From: a virus
Strand: one strand, 5' to 3'
Length of the DNA stretch: 30,280 bases
Virus genome (UHGV): UHGV-0139558
In this document: positions 7,905-16,155 of the stretch, piece by piece
How positions within the stretch are numbered: position 1 is the stretch's first letter
How the letters are laid out: every line of letters begins with the position of its first letter
Notes under the pieces: generated by a model
What the model was told of the DNA's origin: nothing
The model's database searches: none
What the model saw: only the letters and a program-made list of their open reading frames with translations
Made by a program: the position numbers and the translations under genes

Positions 7905-8153
7905 ATGACACCTGAGCAATTAGCCTTATCGGAGGCAATCGCTCTGGCTGGTGGTCAATCAGAATTGGCTCGGAAGCTCACAGCCAGCAGCGGTCATTTA
8001 GTAAAGCAACAACATGTCTGGAACTGGTTGAACAGAGAAAAGCGTCCCCCTGCAAAGCTCTCGATATTCATTGAAAAGACCACTGGCATATCAAAAGAAA
8101 AATTACGTCCAGATATTTTTCAAAAGATTAAAGATTCATCAGATGAAAAGTAA
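7905..8153 (+). CDS. cro: Cro-like / YdaS-family HTH regulator
   Basis: 82 aa, GGAG RBS; 'AGGQSELARKL...' HTH; position immediately right of OR, divergent from cI. Confidence 0.7.
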   Translation: MTPEQLALSEAIALAGGQSELARKLTASSGHLVKQQHVWNWLNREKRPPAKLSIFIEKTTGISKEKLRPDIFQKIKDSSDEK

Positions 8154-8175
8154 CCACAGTTTTAAGGAGATAGCC

Positions 8176-8733
8176 GTGGGTAAGCATCACTGGAAAATAG
8201 AAAAACAGCCTGAGTGGTACGTGAAAGCTGTCAGAAAAACTATCGCGGCGTTGCCGGGGGGTTACGCTGAAGCCGCTGACTGGCTGGATGTAACAGAGAA
8301 CGCTTTATTCAACCGCCTTCGTGCAGATGGCGATCAGATTTTCCCGCTGGGATGGGCAATGGTTTTACAGCGTGCTGGTGGCACTCACTTCATTGCTGAT
8401 GCTGTGGCGCAGTCTGCAAATGGCGTCTTTGTGTCTCTTCCTGACGTCGAGGATGTGGACAACGCCGATATTAACCAGCGTCTGCTGGAAGTCATTGAAC
8501 AGATCGGCAGTTATTCAAAACAGATTCGTTCAGCAATCGAAGACGGCGTAGTGGAACCGCATGAGAAGACAGCAATTAACGACGAGCTGTATCTCTCAAT
8601 TTCGAAGCTGCAGGAGCATGCAGCACTTGTCTACAAAATTTTTTGCATTTCAGAAAGTAATGACGCCCGCGAGTGTGCAGCTCCGGGCGTCGTGGCGTCG
8701 ATTGCTTCTGGTTGTGGAGAAACTAACGCATGA
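8176..8733 (+). CDS. CII-like / YdaT-like regulatory protein (putative)
   Basis: GTG start with AAGGAG RBS at 6-nt spacing; follows cro as in Rac-type immunity regions. Family call from position and recollection. Confidence 0.45.
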   Translation: MGKHHWKIEKQPEWYVKAVRKTIAALPGGYAEAADWLDVTENALFNRLRADGDQIFPLGWAMVLQRAGGTHFIADAVAQSANGVFVSLPDVEDVDNADINQRLLEVIEQIGSYSKQIRSAIEDGVVEPHEKTAINDELYLSISKLQEHAALVYKIFCISESNDARECAAPGVVASIASGCGETNA

Positions 8734-9088
8734 ACAGTTTAACAACACACTACCGTCGCTCGCAACTGATTGCGCTTCCTGTACCGGGTGGAAAAGCGAA
8801 GGTGGAATATTGCTATGCAGTGAATGTACCAGGTGACAGGGAAATTGTAACCCACAGTTTTGCAGAGTGGGCTGTGGGTGATTTCAACCGGCAGAAGGAG
8901 ACAGTCCTTTGCGACAAGTTAACCGCTGGTTCAAAGATCACTACGGAGTGCCCGTCAGAGTCATTCGTTGGGAGCCGGAAACACAACGGGTTATCTACCT
9001 CCGCGAAGGTTATGAGCATGAATGCTTCAGTCCGCTCGAACAGTTTCGTCGTAAATTCAGGGAAATAGAGGTCGGTCATGAGCACTAA
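8730..9088 (+). pseudogene. Small early gene with apparent frame switch (frame 0 N-terminal part 8730..about 8900; frame -1 C-terminal part 8882..9088)
   Basis: Frame-0 ORF becomes Ser-rich and low-complexity after about 8900, while the -1 frame gives protein-like '[58 protein letters not shown]' ending at 9088. Confidence 0.3.
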
Positions 9089-10019
9089 ATTAACCGGCTA
9101 TGTATGGGATGGTTGCGCTGCATCAGGCATGAAGTTATCCAGCGTGGCAATTATGGCCCGCCTGGCTGATTTCAGTAATGACGAAGGTGTGTGCTGGCCA
9201 TCAATTGAAACCATTGCCCGTCAGATTGGCGCGGGGATGAGTACCGTCAGAACGGCTATCGCACGGCTGGAAGCAGAAGGCTGGTTAACGCGTAAGGCGC
9301 GTCGCCAGGGTAACCGCAATGCGTCGAATGTTTATCAGCTTAACGTTGCGAAGCTTCAGGCAGCGGCATTTTCTCAACTGTCAGATTCTGACCCGTCAAA
9401 ATCTGACGCATCAAAATCTGACCCGTCAAAATTTGATGCGTCGAAATCTGGCAAAAAAGCGGGTTTTCACCCGTCAGAATCTGGCGGGGATCCGTCAGTA
9501 AAATCAAAACATGATCCGTCAGATAAAAAACCTTCTCGTCCGGACGCTTCGCAACCGGACACGCAGACGGATGAACAGGATTTTTTAACTCGCCATCCTG
9601 ATGCGGTTGTATTCAGCCCTAAAAAGCGCCAGTGGGGGACGCAGGATGATTTGACCTGCGCACAGTGGCTCTGGAAAAAAATCATCGCCCTGTACGAGCA
9701 TGCCGCCGAATGTGACGGCGAGGTGGTTCGTCCCAAAGAACCGAACTGGACAGCCTGGGCAAACGAAATTCGCCTGATGTGTGTGCAGGATGGTCGTACT
9801 CATAAACAAATCTGCGAGATGTACAGCCGCGTCAGTCGCGATCCGTTCTGGTGCCGTAACGTGCTCAGCCCGTCGAAGCTGCGGGAAAAATGGGATGAGC
9901 TTTCCCTGCGCTTATCGCCGTCCGTCAGCACGTACACCGAAAAACGCGAAGACCCGTACTTCAAAGCCAGTTACGACAACGTGGACTACAGCCAGATCCC
10001 AGCAGGATTCAGGGGGTGA
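9078..10019 (+). CDS. Phage replication initiator (O-like; N-terminal HTH, repeat linker, C-terminal domain)
   Basis: GAGG RBS; N-terminal winged-helix-like 'SIETIARQIGAGMSTVRTAIARLEAEGWL'; central pentapeptide repeats SDPSK/SDASK encoded by 15-bp iterons; position after cro/cII-like genes. Confidence 0.65.
   Translation: MSTKLTGYVWDGCAASGMKLSSVAIMARLADFSNDEGVCWPSIETIARQIGAGMSTVRTAIARLEAEGWLTRKARRQGNRNASNVYQLNVAKLQAAAFSQLSDSDPSKSDASKSDPSKFDASKSGKKAGFHPSESGGDPSVKSKHDPSDKKPSRPDASQPDTQTDEQDFLTRHPDAVVFSPKKRQWGTQDDLTCAQWLWKKIIALYEHAAECDGEVVRPKEPNWTAWANEIRLMCVQDGRTHKQICEMYSRVSRDPFWCRNVLSPSKLREKWDELSLRLSPSVSTYTEKREDPYFKASYDNVDYSQIPAGFRG
9384..9530. repeat. Candidate origin of replication: four 15-bp iterons plus CCGTCAGA repeats and an A-rich tract inside the initiator gene
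   Basis: ATCTGAC(C/G)C(G/A)TCAAA repeated 4 times at 15-bp period (about 9386-9445); CCGTCAGA at 9471, 9492, 9516; then AGATAAAAAACC. Confidence 0.5.
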
Positions 10020-10021
10020 TT

Positions 10022-10510
10022 ATGAGTCTTTTGAATGATGTTCAGAAATTCATTGAAGCCCATCCGGGGTGTACTTCCGGAGACATTGCGGATGCTTTTG
10101 CAGGTTACTCACGGCAGCGCGTTCTGCAGTCAGCAAGCAAGTTACGTCAGAGTGGGCGTGTGGCTCACCGTTGTGAAGGAGATACACGCAGACATTTCCC
10201 GCGCCTGACTGAGAGAGCGCAGGAGTCGGAACCACAACCAGTTCGTGAAACCAGACCTGTGCGCAATTTCTATGTCGGCACTAACGATCCCCGGGTGATT
10301 TTGTGCCTGACCCGCCAGGCGGAAGAACTGGAGTCCAGGGGCTTATACCGTCGTGCTGCAACGGTGTGGATGGCGGCATTCCGTGAAAGCCACTCCCAGC
10401 CAGAACGAAACAATTTTCTGGCGCGTCGTGAGCAGTGTTTACGGAAAAGCAGCAAGCGCGCTGTATCGGGTGATGAGTGGTATCTGTCAGGGAATTACGT
10501 GGGGGCTTAA
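10022..10510 (+). CDS. Hypothetical protein, probable replication-module accessory protein
   Basis: Start ATG 5 nt after AGGGGG; stop overlaps the next start (TAATG). No recognisable motif. Confidence 0.45.
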   Translation: MSLLNDVQKFIEAHPGCTSGDIADAFAGYSRQRVLQSASKLRQSGRVAHRCEGDTRRHFPRLTERAQESEPQPVRETRPVRNFYVGTNDPRVILCLTRQAEELESRGLYRRAATVWMAAFRESHSQPERNNFLARREQCLRKSSKRAVSGDEWYLSGNYVGA

Positions 10511-11163
10511 TGAGTAATAAATATTGCCAGGAGCTGGTGGAACTGCGGAACAAACCAGCCCATGAACTGAAGGAAGTGGGTGATCAGTGGCGCACGCCGG
10601 ACAACATTTTCTGGGGAATTAACACCCTGTTTGGCCCGTTTGTTCTGGATCTGTTCACTGACGGTGATAACGCCAAATGTGCCGCGTATTACACGGCGGA
10701 AGACAACGCGCTGGCGCATGACTGGTCAGAACGCCTTGCGGAGCTTAAAGGTGCTGCCTTTGGTAATCCTCCATACAGCCGCGCCAGTCAGCATGAGGGG
10801 CAATACATCACCGGCATGCGTTACATCATGAAACATGCCAGTGCCATGCGTGATAAGGGCGGGCGCTATGTTTTCCTGATCAAAGCTGCCACCAGCGAAG
10901 TGTGGTGGCCGGAAGATGCAGATCATATTGCTTTTATTCGCGGGCGTATTGGTTTTGAGCTGCCTGTCTGGTTTATCCCGAAAGACGAGAAGCAGATACC
11001 GACAGGAGCTTTTTTCTCTGGTGCTATTGCTGTTTTTGACAAGACCTGGAAGGGACCGGCAATCAGCTACATCGGGCGCGATGAACTTGAGGCATGTGGT
11101 GAGGCCTTTCTGGCGCAGGTTCGCCAGCAGGCGGAAAAACTGGTCAGGGAGATGGTGGCATGA
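10510..11163 (+). CDS. Phage DNA N6-adenine methyltransferase (orphan, Dam-like)
   Basis: 'GNPPYS' (N/D-PP-Y/F) catalytic motif; 217 aa; typical Nin-region location. Confidence 0.8.
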   Translation: MSNKYCQELVELRNKPAHELKEVGDQWRTPDNIFWGINTLFGPFVLDLFTDGDNAKCAAYYTAEDNALAHDWSERLAELKGAAFGNPPYSRASQHEGQYITGMRYIMKHASAMRDKGGRYVFLIKAATSEVWWPEDADHIAFIRGRIGFELPVWFIPKDEKQIPTGAFFSGAIAVFDKTWKGPAISYIGRDELEACGEAFLAQVRQQAEKLVREMVA

Positions 11164-11486
11164 CGACATTAACTCAATGCCAGCAGCAGGTGCTGGATAT
11201 GCTGATTTCTTACCAGAAAGAACGAGGCTTCCCGCCAACCAATCAGGAGGTGGCAACCATGCTGGGATACCGTTCAGTGAATGCAGCGGTGGAGCATCTT
11301 CGCGCACTGGAGAAAAAAGGCGTCATCACGATAAAGCGTGGCGTGGCCCGGGGGATAACGCTTCATACCGCGGTGAAGGACGACGACAGCGAGGCTGTCT
11401 GGATTATCCGCTCACTGCTTGCCGGTGAGGAAAACGCCAGGCTGCGTGCAACCCACTGGTTACATGAGAGAGGCCTGAAAGTATGA
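11160..11486 (+). CDS. LexA N-terminal DNA-binding-domain-like protein (no peptidase domain)
   Basis: 'QQQVLDMLISYQKERGFPPTNQEVATMLGYRSVNAAVEHLRALEKKGVITI' parallels LexA winged-HTH '[52 protein letters not shown]'; only 108 aa. Confidence 0.6.
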   Translation: MTTLTQCQQQVLDMLISYQKERGFPPTNQEVATMLGYRSVNAAVEHLRALEKKGVITIKRGVARGITLHTAVKDDDSEAVWIIRSLLAGEENARLRATHWLHERGLKV

Positions 11487-11872
11487 AACTGATCCTGCCT
11501 TTCCCGCCCAGCGTGAATACGTACTGGCGACACCCTAACAAAGGGGCGTTTGCTGGTAAAAGCCTGATAAGCGCGGCGGGGCGCAAATTCCAGAGCGCGG
11601 CGTGCGCAGCAATAGTTGAGCAGTTACGTCGTCTTCCGAAACCAACGTCGGCACCTGCTTCAGTGGAGATCGTGTTGTTTCCTCCGGATAACCGGATCCG
11701 CGATCTGGACAACTATAACAAGGCGCTGTTTGACGCCCTGACCCACGCGGGTGTGTGGGAAGACGACAGTCAGGTGAAAAGAATGCTGGTGGAGTGGGGA
11801 CCGGTTATCCCGGAAGGGAAGGTCGAGATCACTATCAGTAAGTACGAGAAAACGGCGGGTGCAGCCGCCTGA
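11483..11872 (+). CDS. rusA: RusA-family Holliday junction resolvase
   Basis: 'LPFPPSVNTYWRH...RDLDNYNKALFDALTHAGVWEDDSQV' matches the RusA catalytic core (DxD...D). Confidence 0.85.
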   Translation: MKLILPFPPSVNTYWRHPNKGAFAGKSLISAAGRKFQSAACAAIVEQLRRLPKPTSAPASVEIVLFPPDNRIRDLDNYNKALFDALTHAGVWEDDSQVKRMLVEWGPVIPEGKVEITISKYEKTAGAAA

Positions 11873-11891
11873 TCAAGAGGAGAAACGAAGT

Positions 11892-12701
11892 ATGAATAAT
11901 CTGATGGTCATTGATGGTATTGAAGTTCGTCGTGATGCTTATGGGCGTTACAGCCTGAACGATCTGCATCGCGCAGCAGTAGCATCTGGTGCAAATGCCA
12001 GAACCAAGGAGCCAGGAAAGTTTCTTTCCAGCCAACAAACTGTTGAACTTGTTCATGAATTGACCAACACCCAGAATTTGGGTGTTGACCCGGTGAGTGT
12101 GATTCATGGGGGAAATGAACGGGGAACTTATGTCTGCAAGGAACTGGTGTATGCCTATGCAATGTGGATCAGCCCGTCATTCCATCTGAAGGTGATCCGT
12201 ACTTTCGATATGATAACCAGCGCACCGGAAAAATTATCCGGACAGGCTGCTGACAAGATGCAGGCTGGTGTGATTCTGCTGGACTTTATGCGTCGGGAGT
12301 TAAACCTGTCTAACTCATCTGTGCTTGGTGCCTGTCAGAAACTCCAGGAGGCTGTTGGCTTACCGAATCTGGCACCGCGCTATGCCATTGATGCTCCTGC
12401 TGATGCACACGATGGCTCAAGTCGCCCGACACTGTCACTGAGTGCACTGCTGAAACAGTATGGTATCCGCCTGACGGCTAATCAGGCATATCACCAGATG
12501 GTGAAGCTGGGGATCGTCGAGCAGCGCGAACGATACAGCCGTACCGCGATTAACAACATCAAAAAATTCTGGTCGCTGACAGCGAAAGGCTGCATGTTCG
12601 GCAAGAACATCACCAGTCCCGCAAATCCGCGCGAGACGCAGCCGCATTTCTTCGAATCCCGATTCCCTGAGCTGTTAAAGCTGCTCGATACCGTTCATTG
12701 A
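11892..12701 (+). CDS. KilA-N domain protein (antirepressor-like)
   Basis: N-terminal 'IDGIEVRRDAYGRYSLNDLHRA...GTYVCKELVYAYAMWISPSFHLKVIRTF' is a KilA-N/APSES-like fold pattern; ATG with GAGGAG RBS. Confidence 0.65.
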   Translation: MNNLMVIDGIEVRRDAYGRYSLNDLHRAAVASGANARTKEPGKFLSSQQTVELVHELTNTQNLGVDPVSVIHGGNERGTYVCKELVYAYAMWISPSFHLKVIRTFDMITSAPEKLSGQAADKMQAGVILLDFMRRELNLSNSSVLGACQKLQEAVGLPNLAPRYAIDAPADAHDGSSRPTLSLSALLKQYGIRLTANQAYHQMVKLGIVEQRERYSRTAINNIKKFWSLTAKGCMFGKNITSPANPRETQPHFFESRFPELLKLLDTVH

Positions 12702-12702
12702 G

Positions 12703-13698
12703 GTGACCGTGAGAGCACTACTGACCCCTGAAATTGCCCCGCGTATGGGGATCGTATTGTTCAGGCCAGGTTCAGAGCTGATGCCTCTGTTTATGCAGGG
12801 GCGTGTCCTGCTGGAGCCTGAGCCGGAACGTTATTCATCTTTCGCCAGTGGTGCCGTTCCCGCGGCATCACAACCGCTGGCGGATGATCCTGCCGTTCGG
12901 GCCGTGTTCCGCAATGAGGTAGTGATCCGTCGTGCTGGTGGCGTGGAATGTCTTGAAAGCTGGTTACTTCGTGAAAAAGGCTGCCAGTGGCTTCATTCCG
13001 ACTGGCACAGCGAGAACATGACCACAATGCGACACGCGCCGGGCGCAATCCGTCTGTGCTGGCACTGCGATAACCAGTTGCGCGATCAGTTCACGGAACG
13101 GCTGGAATCAATGGCAACGGATAACTGTGCCCGCTGGGTGTTGTCTGTCGTGCGTCTGGATCTCGGTTTTGATGATAGTCACGTTGTGACAATGCCGGAA
13201 CTGTGCTGGTGGCTGATTCGTAATGACCTGGCGGATGCCTTACCGGAAAGTGCAGCCCGTAAGGCACTGAGATTACCGAAGCCTGTTGTGCCATCTGTCA
13301 CCCGGGAAAGTGACCTTGTGCCTTCAGTTCCTGCCACCAGCATCATCCAGGATAAAGCGAAAAAGGTGCTGGTACTGAAAGTGGATCCGGAGTCGCCGGA
13401 GTCTTTTATGTTACGCCCCAAACGTCGCCGCTGGGTTAACGAAAAGTACACGCGCTGGGTTAAGACACAGCCGTGTGCATGTTGTGGAAAGCCTGCTGAT
13501 GATCCCCACCACCTGATAGGTCACGGTCAGGGTGGAATGGGTACAAAAGCGCATGACCTCTTTGTGTTGCCTTTGTGCAGAAAGCATCACGACGAGCTGC
13601 ATGCGGATACCGTGGCATTTGAAGAGAAGTATGGCTCCCAACTGGAGCTGATATTTCGTTTTATCGATCGCGCGCTGGCGATTGGTGTGTTGGCCTGA
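12703..13698 (+). CDS. DUF968 (YdfU-like) protein with C-terminal HNH-like Cys/His cluster
   Basis: 331 aa; C-terminal 'CACCGKPADDPHHL...CRKHHDELH'; GTG start near GAGG. Confidence 0.65.
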   Translation: MTVRALLTPEIAPRMGIVLFRPGSELMPLFMQGRVLLEPEPERYSSFASGAVPAASQPLADDPAVRAVFRNEVVIRRAGGVECLESWLLREKGCQWLHSDWHSENMTTMRHAPGAIRLCWHCDNQLRDQFTERLESMATDNCARWVLSVVRLDLGFDDSHVVTMPELCWWLIRNDLADALPESAARKALRLPKPVVPSVTRESDLVPSVPATSIIQDKAKKVLVLKVDPESPESFMLRPKRRRWVNEKYTRWVKTQPCACCGKPADDPHHLIGHGQGGMGTKAHDLFVLPLCRKHHDELHADTVAFEEKYGSQLELIFRFIDRALAIGVLA

Positions 13699-13715
13699 TT
13701 TGGTGGAGAAAGTTG

Positions 13716-14081
13716 ATGCGTGATATTCAGATGGTTCTGGAGCGTTGGGGAGCATGGGCGGCGAGTGATAGTTCTGGAGTAGACTATTCGCCTATAGCTG
13801 CTGGGTTTAAGGGGCTTCTTCCCTACACAAGCAAAACACGTCAGGCTTGTTCAGATAGTGATGCATTAATTATTGAAGGTTGTCTTGCTCGTCTAAAGCA
13901 AAAAAAGCCAGATGAGCACTCGCTGCTTGTGGCACATTATTTATACAGAATATCCAAGCGTAAGATTGCAAAGGTGCGTGGAAAGGATGAAAAATTGGTA
14001 CGCATAGAAATACAACTAGCTGAAGGATTTATTGATGGTTGCCTTTCAATGTTGGATGTTAACCTTGAAATGGACGCTTAG
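13716..14081 (+). CDS. Q: Late-gene antiterminator Q
   Basis: Begins 'MRDIQMVLERWGAWAA...AAGFKGL' as in enterobacterial Q/Quu antiterminators; GGAG RBS; sits upstream of the lysis cassette. Confidence 0.7.
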   Translation: MRDIQMVLERWGAWAASDSSGVDYSPIAAGFKGLLPYTSKTRQACSDSDALIIEGCLARLKQKKPDEHSLLVAHYLYRISKRKIAKVRGKDEKLVRIEIQLAEGFIDGCLSMLDVNLEMDA

Positions 14082-14116
14082 GGTTGCACAGGTTGGCCCC
14101 ATATGAGGCCAACCTG

Positions 14117-14578
14117 TCACAAGTGGGGGAAGATTTTTCGTAACACTAACCAACACCTTCCGAAGGTATATAGCGAAATTATAAGGGAGGATAAGCCTAA
14201 CAGTATGAATAGGAAATCAATAGGTTTGCCCGCAACAATAACATCATCTGGTAGAAACATCGCTATCAATGGAAATATACATGCGACGATGAGAGTTAAC
14301 CCTGTTGAAAGTAATCGATTTACCAGAGTTGGTAACACGTTGTTTTGCTTAAGGGCATTAATTGCTCCTTCCTTATCGCTGTTTGCACTACTAAATATAG
14401 ATATTGCAGCCAGAACAAAACCAAACAGGATGCCTGATATAGTCGAGAGCACCCCCGCTGTTGTGAGTACGTCAGCATGCTTCATCGGTTTAAACAGTTT
14501 TGTCGCTGCATAGGTCAACAGAATCCAGAGGACGCATTTCCAGAGAAAAGTGGCTAATTCTCTCATTGTGTCCTCCAT
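14117..14578 (-). CDS. Polytopic membrane protein (4 predicted TM helices), second gene of cargo operon (candidate membrane effector)
   Basis: Hydrophobic stretches 'FLWKCVLWILLTYAATKLF', 'VLTTAGVLSTISGILFGFVLAAISIF', 'LSTGLTLIVACIFPLIAMFL', 'IDFLFILLGLSSLIISLYTF'. Confidence 0.55.
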   Translation of the reverse strand: MEDTMRELATFLWKCVLWILLTYAATKLFKPMKHADVLTTAGVLSTISGILFGFVLAAISIFSSANSDKEGAINALKQNNVLPTLVNRLLSTGLTLIVACIFPLIAMFLPDDVIVAGKPIDFLFILLGLSSLIISLYTFGRCWLVLRKIFPHL

Positions 14579-14587
14579 GCTTGGTTA

Positions 14588-15529
14588 TTAGTCTCTGCTA
14601 GCGAGCTCATACTGTGCAAGATAGTTCGCGTTATCAATTTTAGCAGATATCATCGCCGTTCTGATATCAGAATCGGATGGATAACCGCTTTTGACAATGA
14701 TTGTCTTTGTACTGACCAATACTTGGTCAAGTAGACTTTTGGGCGTTCTATTGGATGGCTCTGTTACATCAATTTTTTTAATTTTTAGACCTCCAGAACC
14801 TTTTGGAAAAAGTTCAAGTAGTTCCTTAATAGCATCGGTGACAGAAGTTTTTAGATAGTTAAAACCTTGTTTTTTCGGGCGAATCCGACCTCGCATATTT
14901 AATCTTAGATGCGACCCGCCCATACCAACAACCATGTCAATAATTTCATTAGCTAAAGGGTTTTTAATCTTATAATTAGCTTTGTTAAAGTTTCTTGGAG
15001 CAGCAACTATAAGATCGAAACTACGTAGGATATTTCCGTCCTCAAGCAGTTCCTTCATGCTCTCTTGTTTCCAAATGGCTTCAAAAGTGACGCTTTTTAA
15101 ATCAGTTTTGTTATACAAAATGAATGCCAGATCATTTACTTTGGGCCCTATATGGTTGAGGGTCATAGCTAATAAGTCCGTTTCGTAGTAATAGATAAAA
15201 TATGTTCTTTCAACTACAGAATCTTTATCATTTAAAGGAATTGTTCTCTCACTACCTGTAGCATCCTCGATGAACGGTAGTAGGCATTCCCTTCTCCACG
15301 ATACGTAACCAAAGTAACATTGCAGTGTGGTATCTTTTTGAAGAATAACTAACTTTAACCCTCGATTTGGGGTGTCTGTTGTGTAAGTTATTGGAAAAGT
15401 TACAGTATCTGCTGTGGTCATTTGCTCAAAGGCTAGTTTTGCAGCAGATGTGCCATCTTTTTTGCTTCCATTACCAGTGAAAAAACCAACTCTCACTCGC
15501 CTAGTTTTATTCTTATTTTCTGTACTCAT
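14588..15529 (-). CDS. Hypothetical 313-aa soluble protein, first gene of reverse-oriented AT-rich cargo operon (candidate defense/exclusion component)
   Basis: Long ORF in a locally AT-rich segment between Q and the holin gene; no recognisable catalytic motif; 9-nt gap to downstream membrane gene. Confidence 0.55.
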   Translation of the reverse strand: MSTENKNKTRRVRVGFFTGNGSKKDGTSAAKLAFEQMTTADTVTFPITYTTDTPNRGLKLVILQKDTTLQCYFGYVSWRRECLLPFIEDATGSERTIPLNDKDSVVERTYFIYYYETDLLAMTLNHIGPKVNDLAFILYNKTDLKSVTFEAIWKQESMKELLEDGNILRSFDLIVAAPRNFNKANYKIKNPLANEIIDMVVGMGGSHLRLNMRGRIRPKKQGFNYLKTSVTDAIKELLELFPKGSGGLKIKKIDVTEPSNRTPKSLLDQVLVSTKTIIVKSGYPSDSDIRTAMISAKIDNANYLAQYELASRD

Positions 15530-15651
15530 TATCGATCCGAAATAATTTTAGCAACCGTGTGAAAAATACAACAAAAAAAAGAGGAAATCATTAGCGCGGT
15601 CCGCAAAAAACATTGTAATCTGTTAAGAGTGGTTACTTCGCCACACAGCTT

Positions 15652-15680
15652 AAACCCGCCGTCGAGCGGGTTTTGTCGTT
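15652..15680 (+). terminator. Candidate late-region terminator (tR'-like) upstream of lysis genes
   Basis: Stem AAACCCGC / GCGGGTTT, loop CGTCGA, then TTTTGTCGTTTC; lies in a 290-bp noncoding region before the holin gene. Confidence 0.4.
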
Positions 15681-15825
15681 TCTGTGGCTGGGGATTCGTT
15701 GGTCCTGGCCTATTCCGCAGTTCTCCATCGGTTCGGCTTCTTTGATGTTTCCGCTTCTGATTTGCGGTACATGATGTTCCCTCAATTTGCACCTGCTGTA
15801 TCAGCGAGGTGAGAGATAACTACAA

Positions 15826-16152
15826 ATGCCTCATAACCCAAATACCTGGCTGGAGTTGGTCCAGAGCTGGTGGCGTGGAGACACACCGCTGGGCGCAGTG
15901 ATTATGTCGATTGTTATGGCTGGTTTGCGCATTGCCTATTTTGGCGGTGGTGGTGGCTGGAAGCGAAAAACACTCGAAATTCTACTCTGTGGCGCTCTGA
16001 CGCTGACTTTTGCATCCGCTCTTGAGTATGTCGGATGGCCTAAATCGCTTTCTGTTGCCATTGGTGGTGGGGTGGGGCTGATCGGTGTCGATGCTATTCG
16101 TGGGGCTGCAATGAGAGTAATCGGTAATAAGTTTGGTGGCTCTAAGGAGTAA
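15826..16152 (+). CDS. S: Holin (lambda S-like, class I)
   Basis: 108 aa, hydrophobic helices and charged C-terminus; immediately upstream of R endolysin. Confidence 0.7.
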   Translation: MPHNPNTWLELVQSWWRGDTPLGAVIMSIVMAGLRIAYFGGGGGWKRKTLEILLCGALTLTFASALEYVGWPKSLSVAIGGGVGLIGVDAIRGAAMRVIGNKFGGSKE

Positions 16153-16155
16153 TTT

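Noticed and set aside
8321-8836. Alternative-frame ORFs (8321..8551, 8561..8836) within the cII-like gene region
   Set aside because: Overlap a better-supported ORF with RBS-backed start; translations are Cys/Ser/Leu-rich and not protein-like.
9384-9445. Short tandem repeats that might suggest a CRISPR array
   Set aside because: Repeat unit is 15 bp with no unique spacers, lies inside a coding sequence and encodes pentapeptide repeats; consistent with origin iterons, not CRISPR.
12435-13755. Minus-strand ORFs overlapping KilA-N and DUF968 genes (12435..12647, 12791..13048, 13179..13451, 13411..13755)
   Set aside because: Antisense to long plus-strand ORFs with coherent translations; no RBS and biased low-complexity composition.
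15529-15792. 87-aa minus-strand ORF upstream of the holin gene
   Set aside because: Arg/Gln/Pro-rich low-complexity translation; the region instead contains a clear plus-strand terminator hairpin and is better explained as late regulatory noncoding DNA.
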